Assembly (NCBI RefSeq): GCF_964355755.1 | Contig: NC_092680.1 | Location: forward strand, 9,052,001 to 9,116,000 | Origin: Antedon mediterranea | Lineage: Eukaryota; Animalia; Echinodermata | Reading direction: 5' to 3' | Length of the DNA: 64,000 nucleotides | Shown: positions 44,842-57,204 of the stretch, one piece after another | Layout of the letters: every line of letters starts with the position of its first letter | Position numbering within the stretch: the first letter of the stretch is position 1 | Translations under genes and position numbers: made by a program | Notes under the pieces: model-generated | The model's input: only the letters and a program-made list of their open reading frames with translations | The model's database searches: none | Told to the model about the DNA's origin: nothing

Positions 44842-46864
44842 CTAGTACCAGTAGGTCTTTGCTCTTTTCCTTGTTTCAATAATATTACACTTATCCATCA
44901 AGTCATCCTCAACTGATATATTCTCTATATTATATGTTTTCTTGACTGCCATATCAGCGGCTGTGTCCTTGGGTTGATCTATGAAAAAAAAGTTTATTGT
45001 TATATAGAAATATAGCCAGATACAGCTGCAAGGTGTGTTTGAGCAACTATTGGAGCAGGTGTACATATAAGAAGATGCTCTCCAGATGGAATGCCATTCT
45101 GAGATGAGTAGTAGTAATTAGTCTTTTTTTATTTTATTTCATATATATGTAATTTTTACTTCTATGGACCAGAGATTCATAAATAAAAGTTTGAATGAAT
45201 TGAATGAATAATATTAGAGCTGTGTGCATATTGGAGCAGGTACACATTGGAGAAAGGTGCATATAGGAGCAAGGAGCATATTGGAGGAGGTGCATATTGG
45301 AGGAGGTGCATATTGGAGAAGGAACATATTACAGCAGGTGCTTAATAGAAATGGTGCTCATAGGAGCAAGAAGCGTATTGGAGTAGGTGCATATTGTACC
45401 AAGGTGCATATTGGAGTTTTCATTGGAGTAGGTGTTCTTTCAATTACTGATAACTTTCAATATAAATATGAATCAACATAACAAATAAATAAGAACTTTG
45501 GAAAGGTATATAAATATATGCATATACTGTACAGTATATACGAATATAGGGTGCTCTTCCACATAAAGGGTGGAGTAACTAATGTCTGACACTATTCATT
45601 TACCTGTGTATTTAGCAGGATCTGGTTCATCTGGATTTAGTAACGCTTTGGCTGGTATTGGTATGACTCTGCCCGTTCTTTTTGATACTCTAACACGATC
45701 ACCTGCTTCTGTGTAACGCAACTGAACATCTGTCGGTTGACTGTAACAACAAATTGTATTGTGTGTTATAATTTGGTTTAAAAAATAGTTTATAAGCAGT
45801 CATTTAATGCAAATACTGATAGCATTACAACAAAGTAATCTGTGGCGTTTCTCCTAGTGGCTGTTTTGGAGAGGGGAGGGGATTATGTTTTGCTGTCTAA
45901 GCTTTTAACTCAATGCAATACTAGACCTAGTATCAATCACACTCACATTTGTTGGCCTAAATTTGTAACTCAATGAAATAATACTCACTTGTCTGATGGG
46001 TCAATGAGAGCAACATCAAAGTAATCTAAAGGCATCTCACTTACAACCATAGTTCCTCTTAATCCTTCCATTTTGCCTACCATTTTATAACACTGTAAAC
46101 AATTAAATAATGTATTGTACTGTAAGTAGGTGAAAATGTAAAACAGGCTCTGCACTATTTTTTTTTTTCACTATAACACAATGAAATTGTATAAAGAAAA
46201 TTAAGCTTGTCTGCTTTCAAAATAAATACCGTATCAAAACTTACACAATTGAGACCTTCTACAACTACCCAGTTTCTCTCCTTGATAATATCACAAATCA
46301 GACCTTGTTTACCTATATCTTTTCCTTTTAGGATATGAACCTAATAAAAAAGATAAGATTATTATTATTAACTGGAGAGCTATAATGCAAGTCCAAACTA
46401 ATTTTAATTTAGTAATTAGAAAAATAGATTATGACACCATGTGTTTAGTTATACTATAGTAGTTTTATAGTATTTGCATATTTTGCCTATCAATTTATTG
46501 TAGATTTCTTTGTTTGGTACTGTATTGGTTTGGTACTGTATTGGTTAGGTAGAAAACCTTAAAATAAGCTTTAGTATTGGTTAAATACTTCCAAGGTGTG
46601 GTTGTTTCATAGAGTTGGAGTTCACACCCAGGACATATCCATGTCATTTTCTTTAGATTAGTCTTCACTTACCAAATCACCAAGGTGAATTTGCCACTCC
46701 TTAATTGGTCTAACTATAACTGGTGGCCTCTCTTTACCAGGAAGATTTGCCATCTGAGACTGCAAGGTCCCGGGTCGGGCCATGCCATAACGGAAATGTC
46801 TGTTCACTCTTATCTCTTTGATGTGTCTGGCTGTTGCCAAACATAGTTGTGTTAAACGGGGCAT
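44842..46864 (-). CDS. MRPL24: Mitochondrial ribosomal protein L24 (uL24m), ~221 aa, 5 coding exons
   Basis: Exons 46864-46673, 46340-46245, 46092-45989, 45740-45604, 44978-44842 (666 nt). [60 protein letters not shown]-terminal KTYWY. Confidence 0.95.
45222..45435. repeat. 16-bp minisatellite (GCATATTGGAGCAGGT)n, degenerate
   Basis: About 13 copies in the last MRPL24 intron. It explains the VHIG-repeat pseudo-ORF. Confidence 0.8.
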
Positions 46865-47012
46865 CTTTAGTGTTCAATACCACAAATTCATAACCTGTAA
46901 AATCAATCATATTCATAAAAGTAATTAATTTCATACATAAGTATTGTAGTGTGCTTAAAAAGCATAGGTCCACCAAACAACCTAAAAAGAGTGTTTGGAA
47001 TGGTCTGAACAG

Positions 47013-47095
47013 AATTGTCAACAACGACTGGTGGCGCTACACAGCGTCTACAAGTTGTAGACGCTGTGTAGCGCCACCAGTCGTTGTTGACAATT
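47013..47095. repeat. Perfect 41-bp inverted repeat with 1-nt spacer
   Basis: AATTGTCAACAACGACTGGTGGCGCTACACAGCGTCTACAA-G-TTGTAGACGCTGTGTAGCGCCACCAGTCGTTGTTGACAATT. Confidence 0.95.
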
Positions 47096-47119
47096 GAGCG
47101 TTTCCGCTTGCCCTACCTA

Positions 47120-47620
47120 CTAGGGCCTAGTAGTAGTACCTTGCTGCAGATAGTTTACTTAAAACTCTAGATACGTAGTAGTAATAATAGGCCAAGCTAG
47201 AGAGAGGGCAGGCTGGTAGTGTAGTAATCGTAAGTCTAGTCAAGGGCTTTTAGTAGGCCTAGCCTATAGTACTAGGCCTATAGAAAGCCTAAATAAAAGA
47301 TAGGGGCCTCCTAGCTAGGCTGGCCCTAGCCTAGTTTATTTTTAATATGCTGTATTTTAAGCCTAAACTAGGCCCTACTAGGCTAGGCTAGGCCTAGTTA
47401 GGCCTCTATAGGCCTAGTCTAGGTAGGGCCTAAACTAGCCTAGCTAGGCTAGCCTAGGCCCTAGGCCTACTACTACTAGAGGCCTCTAGCTAGCGGCCTA
47501 GCCTAGGCCTAGGTTAGGTATATTTATAGGCCTAGGCTAGGCCTCTAGGCCTAGGCCCCTAGGCAATTTGAAAAGGAAATAAATACATTGGCTGTAGGAG
47601 TTTACCTAGGCCTAGGCCTA
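47120..47620. repeat. TAGGCCTA/CTAG low-complexity tract
   Basis: Dense patchwork of TAGGCC/TAGC/TAGT units. Similar tracts at ~14100-14290, 18047-18135, 40270-40700 and 48020-48240. Confidence 0.85.
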
Positions 47621-47639
47621 ATTCATTTCACCAATTAAT

Positions 47640-47912
47640 AATTGCAAATTTAAACTACCACACACCAAAACAACAACAGCATGTTTTCCACCAAAAACTT
47701 GACGATTTCTCGCCCTCATGCGTCTCTCATGAAATACTTTTTTTACTGTTTCTATTGTCACGACGATCAGCCGCCTTTCTATTAATACGTACATATGTGA
47801 AATAATTGGCACTGCGCTTTATAAATACACATGTTGCCGTGTAAATATCACATTTGAAAAAAGGCGGCATGATTGAATTTGGTTGGTGTTTGGCCTCTAG
47901 AGATATATCGCG
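47640..47912. promoter_or_regulatory. Probable bidirectional promoter of MRPL24 (-) and HAUS1 (+)
   Basis: Head-to-head genes. A CpG-containing island is flanked on both sides by TAGGCCTA tracts. The MRPL24 ATG exon has an upstream acceptor (46895), so a non-coding first exon must lie further up, probably here. Confidence 0.55.
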
Positions 47913-50900
47913 ATGAATGAAAAACATAGAAAAGTAGGTATTATTAACGAAAGGAAAATTTATATAGATCAATGGATTATTTATTTATAAATATATTTAA
48001 CTTTAATTTGATATGAAGGGCCTACTAGGCTAATTAATGGGGGCCTGGCCTGGGGTACAGACAGTTTGGGTTACTATACTAGCCTAGCCTAGCCTAGGCC
48101 TAGCTAGCTAGGGCCTAGAGCTAGAGCCTAGGCCTATCCTATAGGCCTACTACTAGGCTATAGGCCTAGGCCTAAGCCTAGGCTAGTAGTACTCTAGGCA
48201 TAGCCTTCTAGAGGCCTAGTACCTAGCCTCTAGGCCATTTTATTCATTAATTAAGTTAATTTGAGACTTCATGATTGACTTTAAAGTCCTACCACAGACA
48301 GCCCACTAAACACTAACTAATAGTAATACTAAATAATTAGGCTACACAGCAGTACAGTGTTTTTTTTTGCCCATAAATTACAATTTTTGTTATTTTGATC
48401 TTATTCATAATGAGAACTTATTCACAAAAATGAACTTTTTCTTTTAAAAAATGAGTTCGTTCAAAACATGAAGTTATCCAAAAACATGATAATTTTTTTT
48501 AATAGAAAAAACTTTAATATCAGTTATATTTTCGTTTCAAAGGAACACGCCAGTAAATCTCATTACAAAACATCTTGAATTAATTGAGCCTACATCCTCT
48601 GTACTGTACTCTTGTAAAATAAATTTTAAAATAGTGTATGTTGCAACAACTAAGAGTAAGAGAAAATTTACAATACTTTATATTTTATAACTATTTTCCT
48701 TGGATTCGTACAATAAAAGTTGAGCTTAATGATACAGCATTGTTTATACCTATACAATTTTTAAATTTAGTGCAAAAGTTTAAAACATTCTTTACAACAT
48801 AGAAACATATTATCTCTTGCCATTGTTGTTTTTGTTACCTTTTGTCTTTTGGACGTTAATAAATGTTTTTTGAATTGAATATGTTCATAATCATCTTCAA
48901 TATTACATAGTTTACAAAATAGTAATTCAGTAATTTTCCATTTATAATACATATTTTTCCTACAAGAATTTAAGTAATGCAGGAATTTAAAATTAAATTT
49001 TACAATTTGATGATAGGTACAAATGTGGCTTGAAGAGGTGTTTCTTGAAGATGACGTACCTCAGTATGAAATTAACGAACGCAACCTTGAAACATTAACC
49101 AAACTAATGATGAAGAACAGAGAACGTGACCATGATGCAGAAATTATTGTTGCAGATTTGAACCAAAAAACTTTAGAATATGAAGCAGAAGGTTGGTATT
49201 TAAATATTGTAAAATGACCAAGTTATAATCCCAAAAGGGAACAACATTTTTGTGTCAATTCTCGGATCACAATACCAATGCATTACTCGAGCACAAACAC
49301 ACCCACAATTAATTAACTTCTTTAAAATTACCATTTTATAATTTAAATATTGTTGTTTGGCTATAATTTCTATTTACTGATATTTCATTTTTTCATTTAA
49401 GCCAAACGTCTTAGTCGTATATTAGAATCTGTTGGCTTATCAACACCATCCTTATCACAGTCAGGAACAGTGAGTTTGAGAACATTGGCTGAGATTGCCA
49501 CAATCTTAGAAATTAAAGATGTCACAACATCAAGGTAAAACATATCTTTTAGTTATTGTAATTAACAGGGTTTAATCATATCATTACATTTCATTCAGTT
49601 CAATAAATTAACAGTATTATTGCAAGGTAACAGGTTAATATCTGTCAGTTTTTATCTGAACTATCTGTAAGTAAGATATTAATGAAAAAGGCTGTTAAAA
49701 ATGTATTACAGAATAGCAAAACCCCTCATCTTTCTCTTTGATATCCAGGAAAATGTGTTTACAACCCACTATTTATTTTTAACCCCCATTAACTACACCA
49801 AAGATGCTTTGCACTAATGAAACAGAAAAGTAAAGAAGACTAAAATTCATAGACACATTCACATAACCATTCTGCCCATTACAGAGGAAAATGGCAAAAA
49901 TGGTGGAAAACATCATGTAACGAGAGCAGACTTAACTGATGAGGATGAACTACACCTTAAGTTAAGTTTACTATTTAAAATTTCAGTTATATACTGCAGA
50001 TGAACAATTTAACAGAATCCATGATGGAAACAAAGAAAGCACATCACGTTGAAGCAAAACAAAATGAACAGTTGTTTACTAAAACCAAAGCTGCCCTTAT
50101 CAAAGCTGCTAACTTAAAAAGGTATGCAACTAGAATCACTGATCACAAATTAATTTCACTGGGAATTGTGTTCTTTAATTGCAAGCAGTTGTTGACAAAA
50201 GCAAGTAAATCTTTAAAAAGCGATATGTGCATGTAAAGCCTGTTTTCCTGTCGACCTTATTCGGCGCTCTCGTTAACAATAATCAGCAATCTTTCTAGGT
50301 CAACATTGAAATTGTAACAATTTACAGCAAAAGGTAGTTTTTTAACAAACAACAACGACACAGAACTTCTGTGATTTACCGGAAAATGTGTAATAATTTA
50401 AAAAAAAATGTTAATCGACGCTACAAGTCCCGATCAATGACAATCGCAAGAGTTGATTCCAGTTAAACTCTAGCGATATTGCAACATTAAAACACAAGAA
50501 CTGACCAATCATCTTGGCGATACAGTACATGACGTCACATAATTGAAAGTAGGCGTGATATTAGGGGGACAGGTCTAAAACTTCAGCCTAGTCTAAAAAA
50601 TGCTAATGAATAGGCCTACTGAGCATGAAGAACCATCAGTATAGAGATAGTGTGCCTAGCTAGAGGAGTCCTCTATTCATTTTTTTGTGTTACGACGACG
50701 TCGAGAGAAAAGACAGGCATTTTCAACTCTAGAAATCAAATGATCACGTTATCGTTATTATTTCAACTAGTTCATTTTTTAACTTTTAACGATCAAAGAT
50801 GATAGCGTTGACTAACGTCGACATGATAGCAAAAAAAATTAAACATTTAATTAAAATATTAAAATCTGTAATCATTTCTAAAGTACTTTCTTCATTTGAA

Positions 50901-53900
50901 ATTTATGTTAGAGTTCTTGAAACATTGGAAGATCAGTCAAAAAATGCAGGACCAGAGTTGGAAAAGAAGATCAGAACAACTGGATTCCTGCATAACAAAA
51001 TCAGAGAATATGCTGCTAAACGCCAACAGCTAAAGGTAGGTATTTCAATAGAATGTTGTCATCTTTGTTATTTCCAACATTTGACAAAAACTCATCAATT
51101 ACAGGATAGCAAGCCCATGCATTGTAAACTTGAGACTTTTTGTTCCATGAACAAATCATGGTACTGCAATAGAGCCAGTATTTGTACCTAGCATGTAAGC
51201 ACCTAGCATGATGTGTTTGGTAAGCAGGCATGTGAACCTCAATACCACTACTCAATGTTCTACTTGAAACTACAATATTTTAGTTTAGAATCTCATTTTA
51301 TGATGTAAAAATAACTTCTGACTGCTTTGACTTGTAAACATAAATTGGAAATTCTTAGAAGTCTGATTTAAAAAATTACAATCCTCATAATGTAGGTGTC
51401 CCATACTGTGTGTTAACTAATTTTAATTAGTTATATTTTTTATTTAATTTTAATTTTATTCAATCGAAACCAACAGCGATAATTACCGCCACTAACATTG
51501 ATCAAGGGCTTCTCTCGTCCAGTGCCCACCTTGACTAAAGGAAAGGCATAAGCCAATACGTCTGAGGCAGATACTAGACGCAGGGGCTGCCATAAGAGTC
51601 ACCAGTGCTGATTTCAAATGCCTAACAGGACCCCAGCTCCATATACAGCACCAGGTATTTCCAGGTGGTCTCCCATCCAAGCTCTTACCAGGCCCAACAT
51701 TGCTTAAAGGGGGGTTCCGGGTTTAAAATGAATAGTAAAAAATGTAAAATATATTTGTTTGTCTCTTGAACGGTAAAAGTTTCAATTTATATAAGCGCCC
51801 AGTGAAGCGGAACGAAGGCTGTGAAATAAGCCCAGATTACAAGTGCAGCTACGGCGATATGACACTATGTTACAGAATAGGAACTTCGTGAAATGGTAAA
51901 TCTTCCGACGACTCGTTATCATTAACCATATCAATTACTTTTGTAAAATTATACTTATCTGATGTAATTTTAGTCGGTCTTCCCATTTGTAAAGTCAATG
52001 TTCTATGAAAATTCATCAAAACAGTGAAAAATTTGATATGTTTGCACTTTACGTTTGCCGATTTTCGCACTGACTTAGGGAAAGCCTTCAAAATCAATGA
52101 AGCGTAACGTATACATTCCTGCTGAGCGAGGAGAGCGAGACGATGATACACGTGCTCTCTCTGCCCATATGCCTGGCATCGTCACGTGATAAGCAGATAC
52201 AGTATACAATACCATACCAAACTGGTCGGGTCGAGTATACCCGGCCCGTCTATTACAACATGAACGATGTACAGTATTTGATTGAAAAGGTCGACTCGAC
52301 CTACCGGAATGGTATAGATAATATAGCTCGAATGAGAGAGAGGAGTTGGAATATTTGTAAACATAAGTATTGCTAATTTTAAGAAGTGTAGCCTAGTAAA
52401 AGGCCTGGTAGCATCAATTCGCATAGGGTCTACTACACTAGCTAGCTCAATTTTTAACTTGGCCGGATCGGCTAGGTCTCCTTCCTACTACCTGGTCTAC
52501 TTGCTTGATGCAGTAGTATCCGCTTTTTTGGAGAGTAAACTAGGCCTATTTTAGGCCTATTTTAGGCCTACTTAGACAATCGGGACACCATACGTGCGAA
52601 CGGCGATATTTACAGCCGATTTTGTCGAATGTTTTAGGTTTAGATTGTTTAGGAGTTACGTTGATAGGATGGGTTTGGAATCCACTGAGTTTTGTTATTC
52701 ATGGGCCAATCGTTTAGTAGTAGGCTAGCTAGGCCCATGATGGGCCCCAATGTTTTAACGTTTTAATCCCTAGTCAGAATGGCTCTCACCCATGAAAAAA
52801 AATGAATTAGGCTAGGCCTAGCCTATAGTAGTAGTACATGAAGCCGATAATACGATCTGTACTATTCGAGGTATAAAAATAGTATATAATTTATGACTCC
52901 GTAATCTGTACTAAATTTTGTATTTCATTAAATGTCAAATAAATATATGCTACTACTGTTATTATTACACTTTAGGCCTAGCTTAGAAAATCTACAAAAA
53001 ATGTATTTCACAATGATCGGTTGGTCGTCGTTTGACAGGGGAGAGAGATGTAAATTTAGTTGACAAACACAACGTACATGACGTCGCGAGTTTGGAATAC
53101 ACTGATGATGTGATTTTGTGAATATCTCATGAATATTAATGAGCTTCCCTAAGCTGCTGAAAAACAGACTTTCCATGAATTTACCCTAAAATGTATATGA
53201 AATTAATTTTTTTTATTTCTCGTTATTATTTCTTCATTCTGACATTTCTATATTGTTATAATATTTTTTATTTAATGAATAAACGATATTTAAAAGCAAT
53301 TTTAAACCCAGAATCCCCCTTTAACTTCGGTGATCTGACGAGAACCGGTGTTTCAACGTGGTCAAGCCGTAGAAATTTCGTCATAGAAATAACAATTTTA
53401 TAAAATACTTAAATGTTTTGTTTTTTTAGGATCAGTTGAATGAGAATGGTTTTAGTGAATCATATAGTCACCAAAGTCTTGTGAAAGAAGCTGAAGTAGG
53501 TATATAGCTAATATTAAATAAAGTATAATAATGTCCTTCAAATTTAAGTACAGTACTAAAGTTGTGGAAAATGCAATCTTATTATGTTAAGTTGTGATTA
53601 CACTGGACTTAATTTTCCAATTAACTGAGTCACCAGATAAATTGACAAAATTAAGTCCAATCTGAATAGTGGTTATGATTTATACCAACTATTCATTTTA
53701 CATGCCCAGTCGAACTTACCATATAGTCTTGGTAAAACCATAAGGAAATATTATATTCAATTCAAATAAACATTTATTTCTTTCATTCGTATTTGAGTAA
53801 AAAACATTATAATTTCTGATATTTTATAAATAAATATTTATTTTTTTTTTTTTTGAGATATAATACAGTAAATAATAATGTATAAAAAGATGATTCAGTT

Positions 53901-55561
53901 ATATACAAAATGAAAGAGGCAAAAAAAACCCCAAGAAAGTATCGATCAAATGGAAACAAAAATCCAATTGAAACTTGTATGTTGGGAAGCCATGTAAGAA
54001 GATTATATACTTATATATATAGATGTAAACATATAACTACACATACACATAAAGATCAACAGACACACACACACACACACACACACCAACAGAAAAGGAA
54101 GCAATTTCGAAAAAGTTTCTAAAGTTAAAAAAATATTTCAAAATAGAGAAAACAATTAGTTATAATTTGAAATAAGATATTCTTTAAGTTTAAAAGAGAA
54201 CATTTTGCTAGAAGACGATGATGAAATTTCGGGAGGTAGATTATTGAATAGTTTAGAACCACTATAGCGAATGTTATGTTTCATTTTAGTTATTATAATA
54301 ACTAACCATGCTGACTAAAAAAGTCCAATCCAGACATGGAACTTTGGTAAACATCAGGAGTTCATGATCTTCACCATGCACTTCAATCATAGTTTTTAAT
54401 GTCACCGGTTAAGGTTTCGTAAAACCATGGTAAACGCATGAAATTATCGTGCGACTAATAATCAAATTCTAGGATTTAGATTTTAAGTTCATAAAATCTT
54501 TGTTTTTTTTAGTACCTCGGTAATTTAAAAGCAAAACTTGTACCTTTGAAGTCTAAATTGGACAGCTACCATTGTTTGCCTCCTAACATAACACTAACTA
54601 AAGTGAAGATTGAAGAAGCCAGACAAGAATTGGTAAGTTTACTACCTGTACTTAATTCAGTATTGCCTGGTCTTGTAGTGGTGCTGTAGCTTGTTAGGTT
54701 ATCAAATTTGTTACCAATCCATAAACCCTGTACTCAAATCAAGCTAAGCCTTGTTATCCATGTAAAAAAAAACATGGGGTAAGGCATGTTTAATTTACAG
54801 CTGGAAATAATACTAAAAGAAATTTATTTTGTTTTGCTATCCAAGCAATACATGTATATTAGGCATTCAATGGGTATTGGAGCAAGAACAGTTAAATCTT
54901 TTGAGGCCTATACCTACTGCTTGTGATTTTGCTTAATATGCCATATGTTTTCGTTTATACATAACAAACATAATATACTATTTGAAAGAAACATGTTTTA
55001 CAACTAAACTGGTTATCATTAAAACTGGTTATCATTAAACCGGTTAATATTTATACTGGTTAAAGATGTATTGTCCCTTGTAACACAAGAAATGAAGGTC
55101 AAAATATTCTAAATTTAAATTGGCCATATCAAAGTAATATTAAAGTTTTTCACTTTAAGTCGAAAAAAGTAGCCAAACAAGCGTGTTGCATTATGAGATA
55201 TGTTTTGATCAAAAACTTTGACTGGAAGTCAAAGTTACTTTTTAAACAAAAAAACGTCTGTATTTCAGTTAAATGATTTTTTTTGGACTAATTTTTAGTG
55301 AAAGTTAATAGCTATTATGATACTTCAAAATGACTCACTTTTTTTCGAAATTGTTTTTTTTTTTTTTTGGAATTAGTCAAAGGGACAATATCTTTAACAT
55401 TAAGCTGGTTAACATTATACTAACTGGTTATCATTAAACTGGTTATTGTTAAACTGATTAAAATTAAACTGGTTATCATTAGGATTATCAAATATGAATA
55501 TCTGTTTCAGGAGTCATTAGAGTCAGAATTGGCAAGGAATATTGATGCAATGCGAACATGA
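47913..55561 (+). CDS. HAUS1: HAUS augmin-like complex subunit 1, ~274 aa, 8 coding exons
   Basis: Exons 47913-47933, 49017-49191, 49402-49534, 49987-50121, 50912-51035, 53430-53495, 54513-54632, 55511-55561 (825 nt). WLEEVF..VPQYEIN.R..L..KNRERDHD..DLNQKTLEYEAEA, SHQSLV, PLKSKLDSYHCLPPNITLTKVKIEEARQEL. Confidence 0.93.
51440..53374 (-). mobile_element. 5S rRNA-headed SINE (SINE3-type) or 5S pseudogene, split by a transposon
   Basis: 5S 5' half at 53374-53321 (CTACGGC..ACCACGTTGAAACACCGGTTCTCGTCAGATCACCGAAGTTAA) and 3' half at 51707-51642 (TTAAGCAATGTTGGGCCTGG..CTTGGATGGGAGACCACCTGGAAATACCTGGTGCTGTA). No T-run terminator; continues into a ~200-bp body and an A-rich tail. Confidence 0.8.
51708..53320. 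mobile_element. Kolobok-type non-autonomous DNA transposon (TTAA TSD, AG...CT termini)
   Basis: TTAA|AGGGGGGTTCCGGGTTTAAAAT ... ATTTTAAACCCAGAATCCCCCT|TTAA. Removing it restores a contiguous 5S sequence. Confidence 0.88.
55064..55393. mobile_element. Kolobok-type MITE inserted into an (AAACTGGTTATCATT)n array
   Basis: TTAA|AGATGTATTGTCCCTT ... AAGGGACAATATCT|TTAA. The 15-bp tandem units continue on both sides (55005-55060, 55398-55480). Confidence 0.75.
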
Positions 55562-56206
55562 TGAGTGTGCAATTTTATAGATCTCACTGTAAATATCTTC
55601 AATATGTATAACAATTATTTTTTCATAAATCTGTATAAAAAATTTCTCGCTCAATTCAATTCAACTTTGACAATGTTAATCGAGTGAACTTTTCTGTGAC
55701 ATAGGGTAATTTTTCAACGAAACAATCAGCGGAATCAATGATGACACATGAAATGCATATATACAATGAAAATGATATTTTCTATTATAATAACTACATA
55801 TTATGACAGACTATCTAGAATTTATCAAAAGGTCTGATTCACAATTCATTTTCATGTTGGAAATGGTGTTTAGGCTTTAGTTATTGTGCTTTTTCTTTTT
55901 TTTTTAACATCCATGAAAACAGTAAACTATAAATCATAAAATATGAGATTACAGTATTTAACCATAATATTAAAAGTATTACATTAAAAAAAACAATTGA
56001 GTGTTGTCTGGTCTTCTTGTTCTTAAATTTCTCTTACATTGTTTGTTATTGTTTCTTTTCTGCTAAGCTCAGCAAATATTCTAAATTGTTTGTAATGTAA
56101 ATCCGTTTCTGCTTAGTGTACTGCCCTCAATCCTTCTAAATAATCTAGGTTTATTATTACAGATATTTACACAGATTCAAGTCCAGAAATAAATCTTTAT
56201 CAACGT

Positions 56207-56370
56207 TTCCTCTCTCCCGCTCTTCCTCTCTCCCTCTTCCCTCTCTCTCCCCTCTCTCTCCCCTCCCTCTTCCCTCCCTCTTCCCTCCCTCTTCCCTCCC
56301 TCTTCCCTCCCTCTTCCCTCCCTCTTCCCTCCCTCTTCCCTCCCTCTTCCCTCCCTCTATACTCCCTCTA
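56207..56370. repeat. Polypyrimidine (CTCTTCCCTCC)n tract
   Basis: 11-bp unit array within a C/T-only stretch. Confidence 0.9.
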
Positions 56371-56559
56371 TACTGTGCCTGATATGTTCATATATATACA
56401 AGTATCTCTTCTTCGGAGATCCCGCTTCCTGAATAAAATACTAAAATGGGAGGGCGTATCAATTTGATCTCTGATGCGCATGCGCATGTGTGCAATTGAG
56501 GGACTAGTGCTGTTCCGCCGTACCATGCTGAGAATGTTAAAAAAAGGCGCTATCCAATC

Positions 56560-56643
56560 TAGTTTGAACAGTACTAATGGTTAGGACATCTGCATATATC
56601 AATAAGAAGGTTCCGGGTTCGAATCTCGGAGGGGCGACTTTTT
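56560..56643 (+). pseudogene. Degenerate tRNA-derived sequence (SINE head?)
   Basis: A-box-like TAATGGTTAGG, B-box GGTTCGAATC, followed by TTTTT. No convincing cloverleaf. Confidence 0.4.
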
Positions 56644-56684
56644 CTCATTCTCACAGATTTCCTCATCTTTATCGTTTCATATAT

Positions 56685-57204
56685 ATTGGTGTTATCGAGG
56701 CTAGATTACTGTAACGGGCTTCTTTATGGCCTCCTTGAGATTACGATCTGAAAGTTACAACTGGTTAAAAATTCAGCATCACGTATCATGCGCAGGAAGT
56801 ATGACCATGTTATTCCACTTTTCATCAAACTGCACTGGTTACTAATAAAGAAACGCATAGAGTACACAATTCTGTTACTGACATATAAATGCCTTAATGG
56901 TCTGGCACCGAAGTACCTGAGCGAATTGCAAGCTATACCAACACAGCAATCGTTCACTACGATCATTTAATGATAACCAACGATTACACGTGCCTAGATC
57001 ACGCCTAATAACGTACGGTGATCGTACGTTTAGTGTCTGCGCTCCATCTATCTTCCGATTAACATCAGGAAATCAAAATCTACAGAAATGAAATCATATT
57101 TGTTCCAACAAATTTACGAGTGCTACCGGTTCTGGCGTTGCGCCTTAGAACTTATCTTTTTGGAAAAAATTCGGCGCATTATAAATACGAATTGATTGAT
57201 TGAT
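56685..57204 (+). mobile_element. L2-clade LINE 3' fragment
   Basis: SRLDYCNGLLYGL..LQLVKNSASRI..RKYDHV.P..LHWL.IK.RI.Y.ILLLTYK.LNGLAP.YL; 3' stem-loop GCGCC...GGCGC and (ATTG)n tail. Confidence 0.88.

Noticed and set aside
51870-53176. ORFs inside the Kolobok-type element as transposase, THAP or KolX
   Set aside because: Short, with no convincing DDE, THAP or KolX motifs by eye.
51642-53374. Functional 5S rRNA gene
   Set aside because: Diverged, interrupted in the A box and lacking a terminator.
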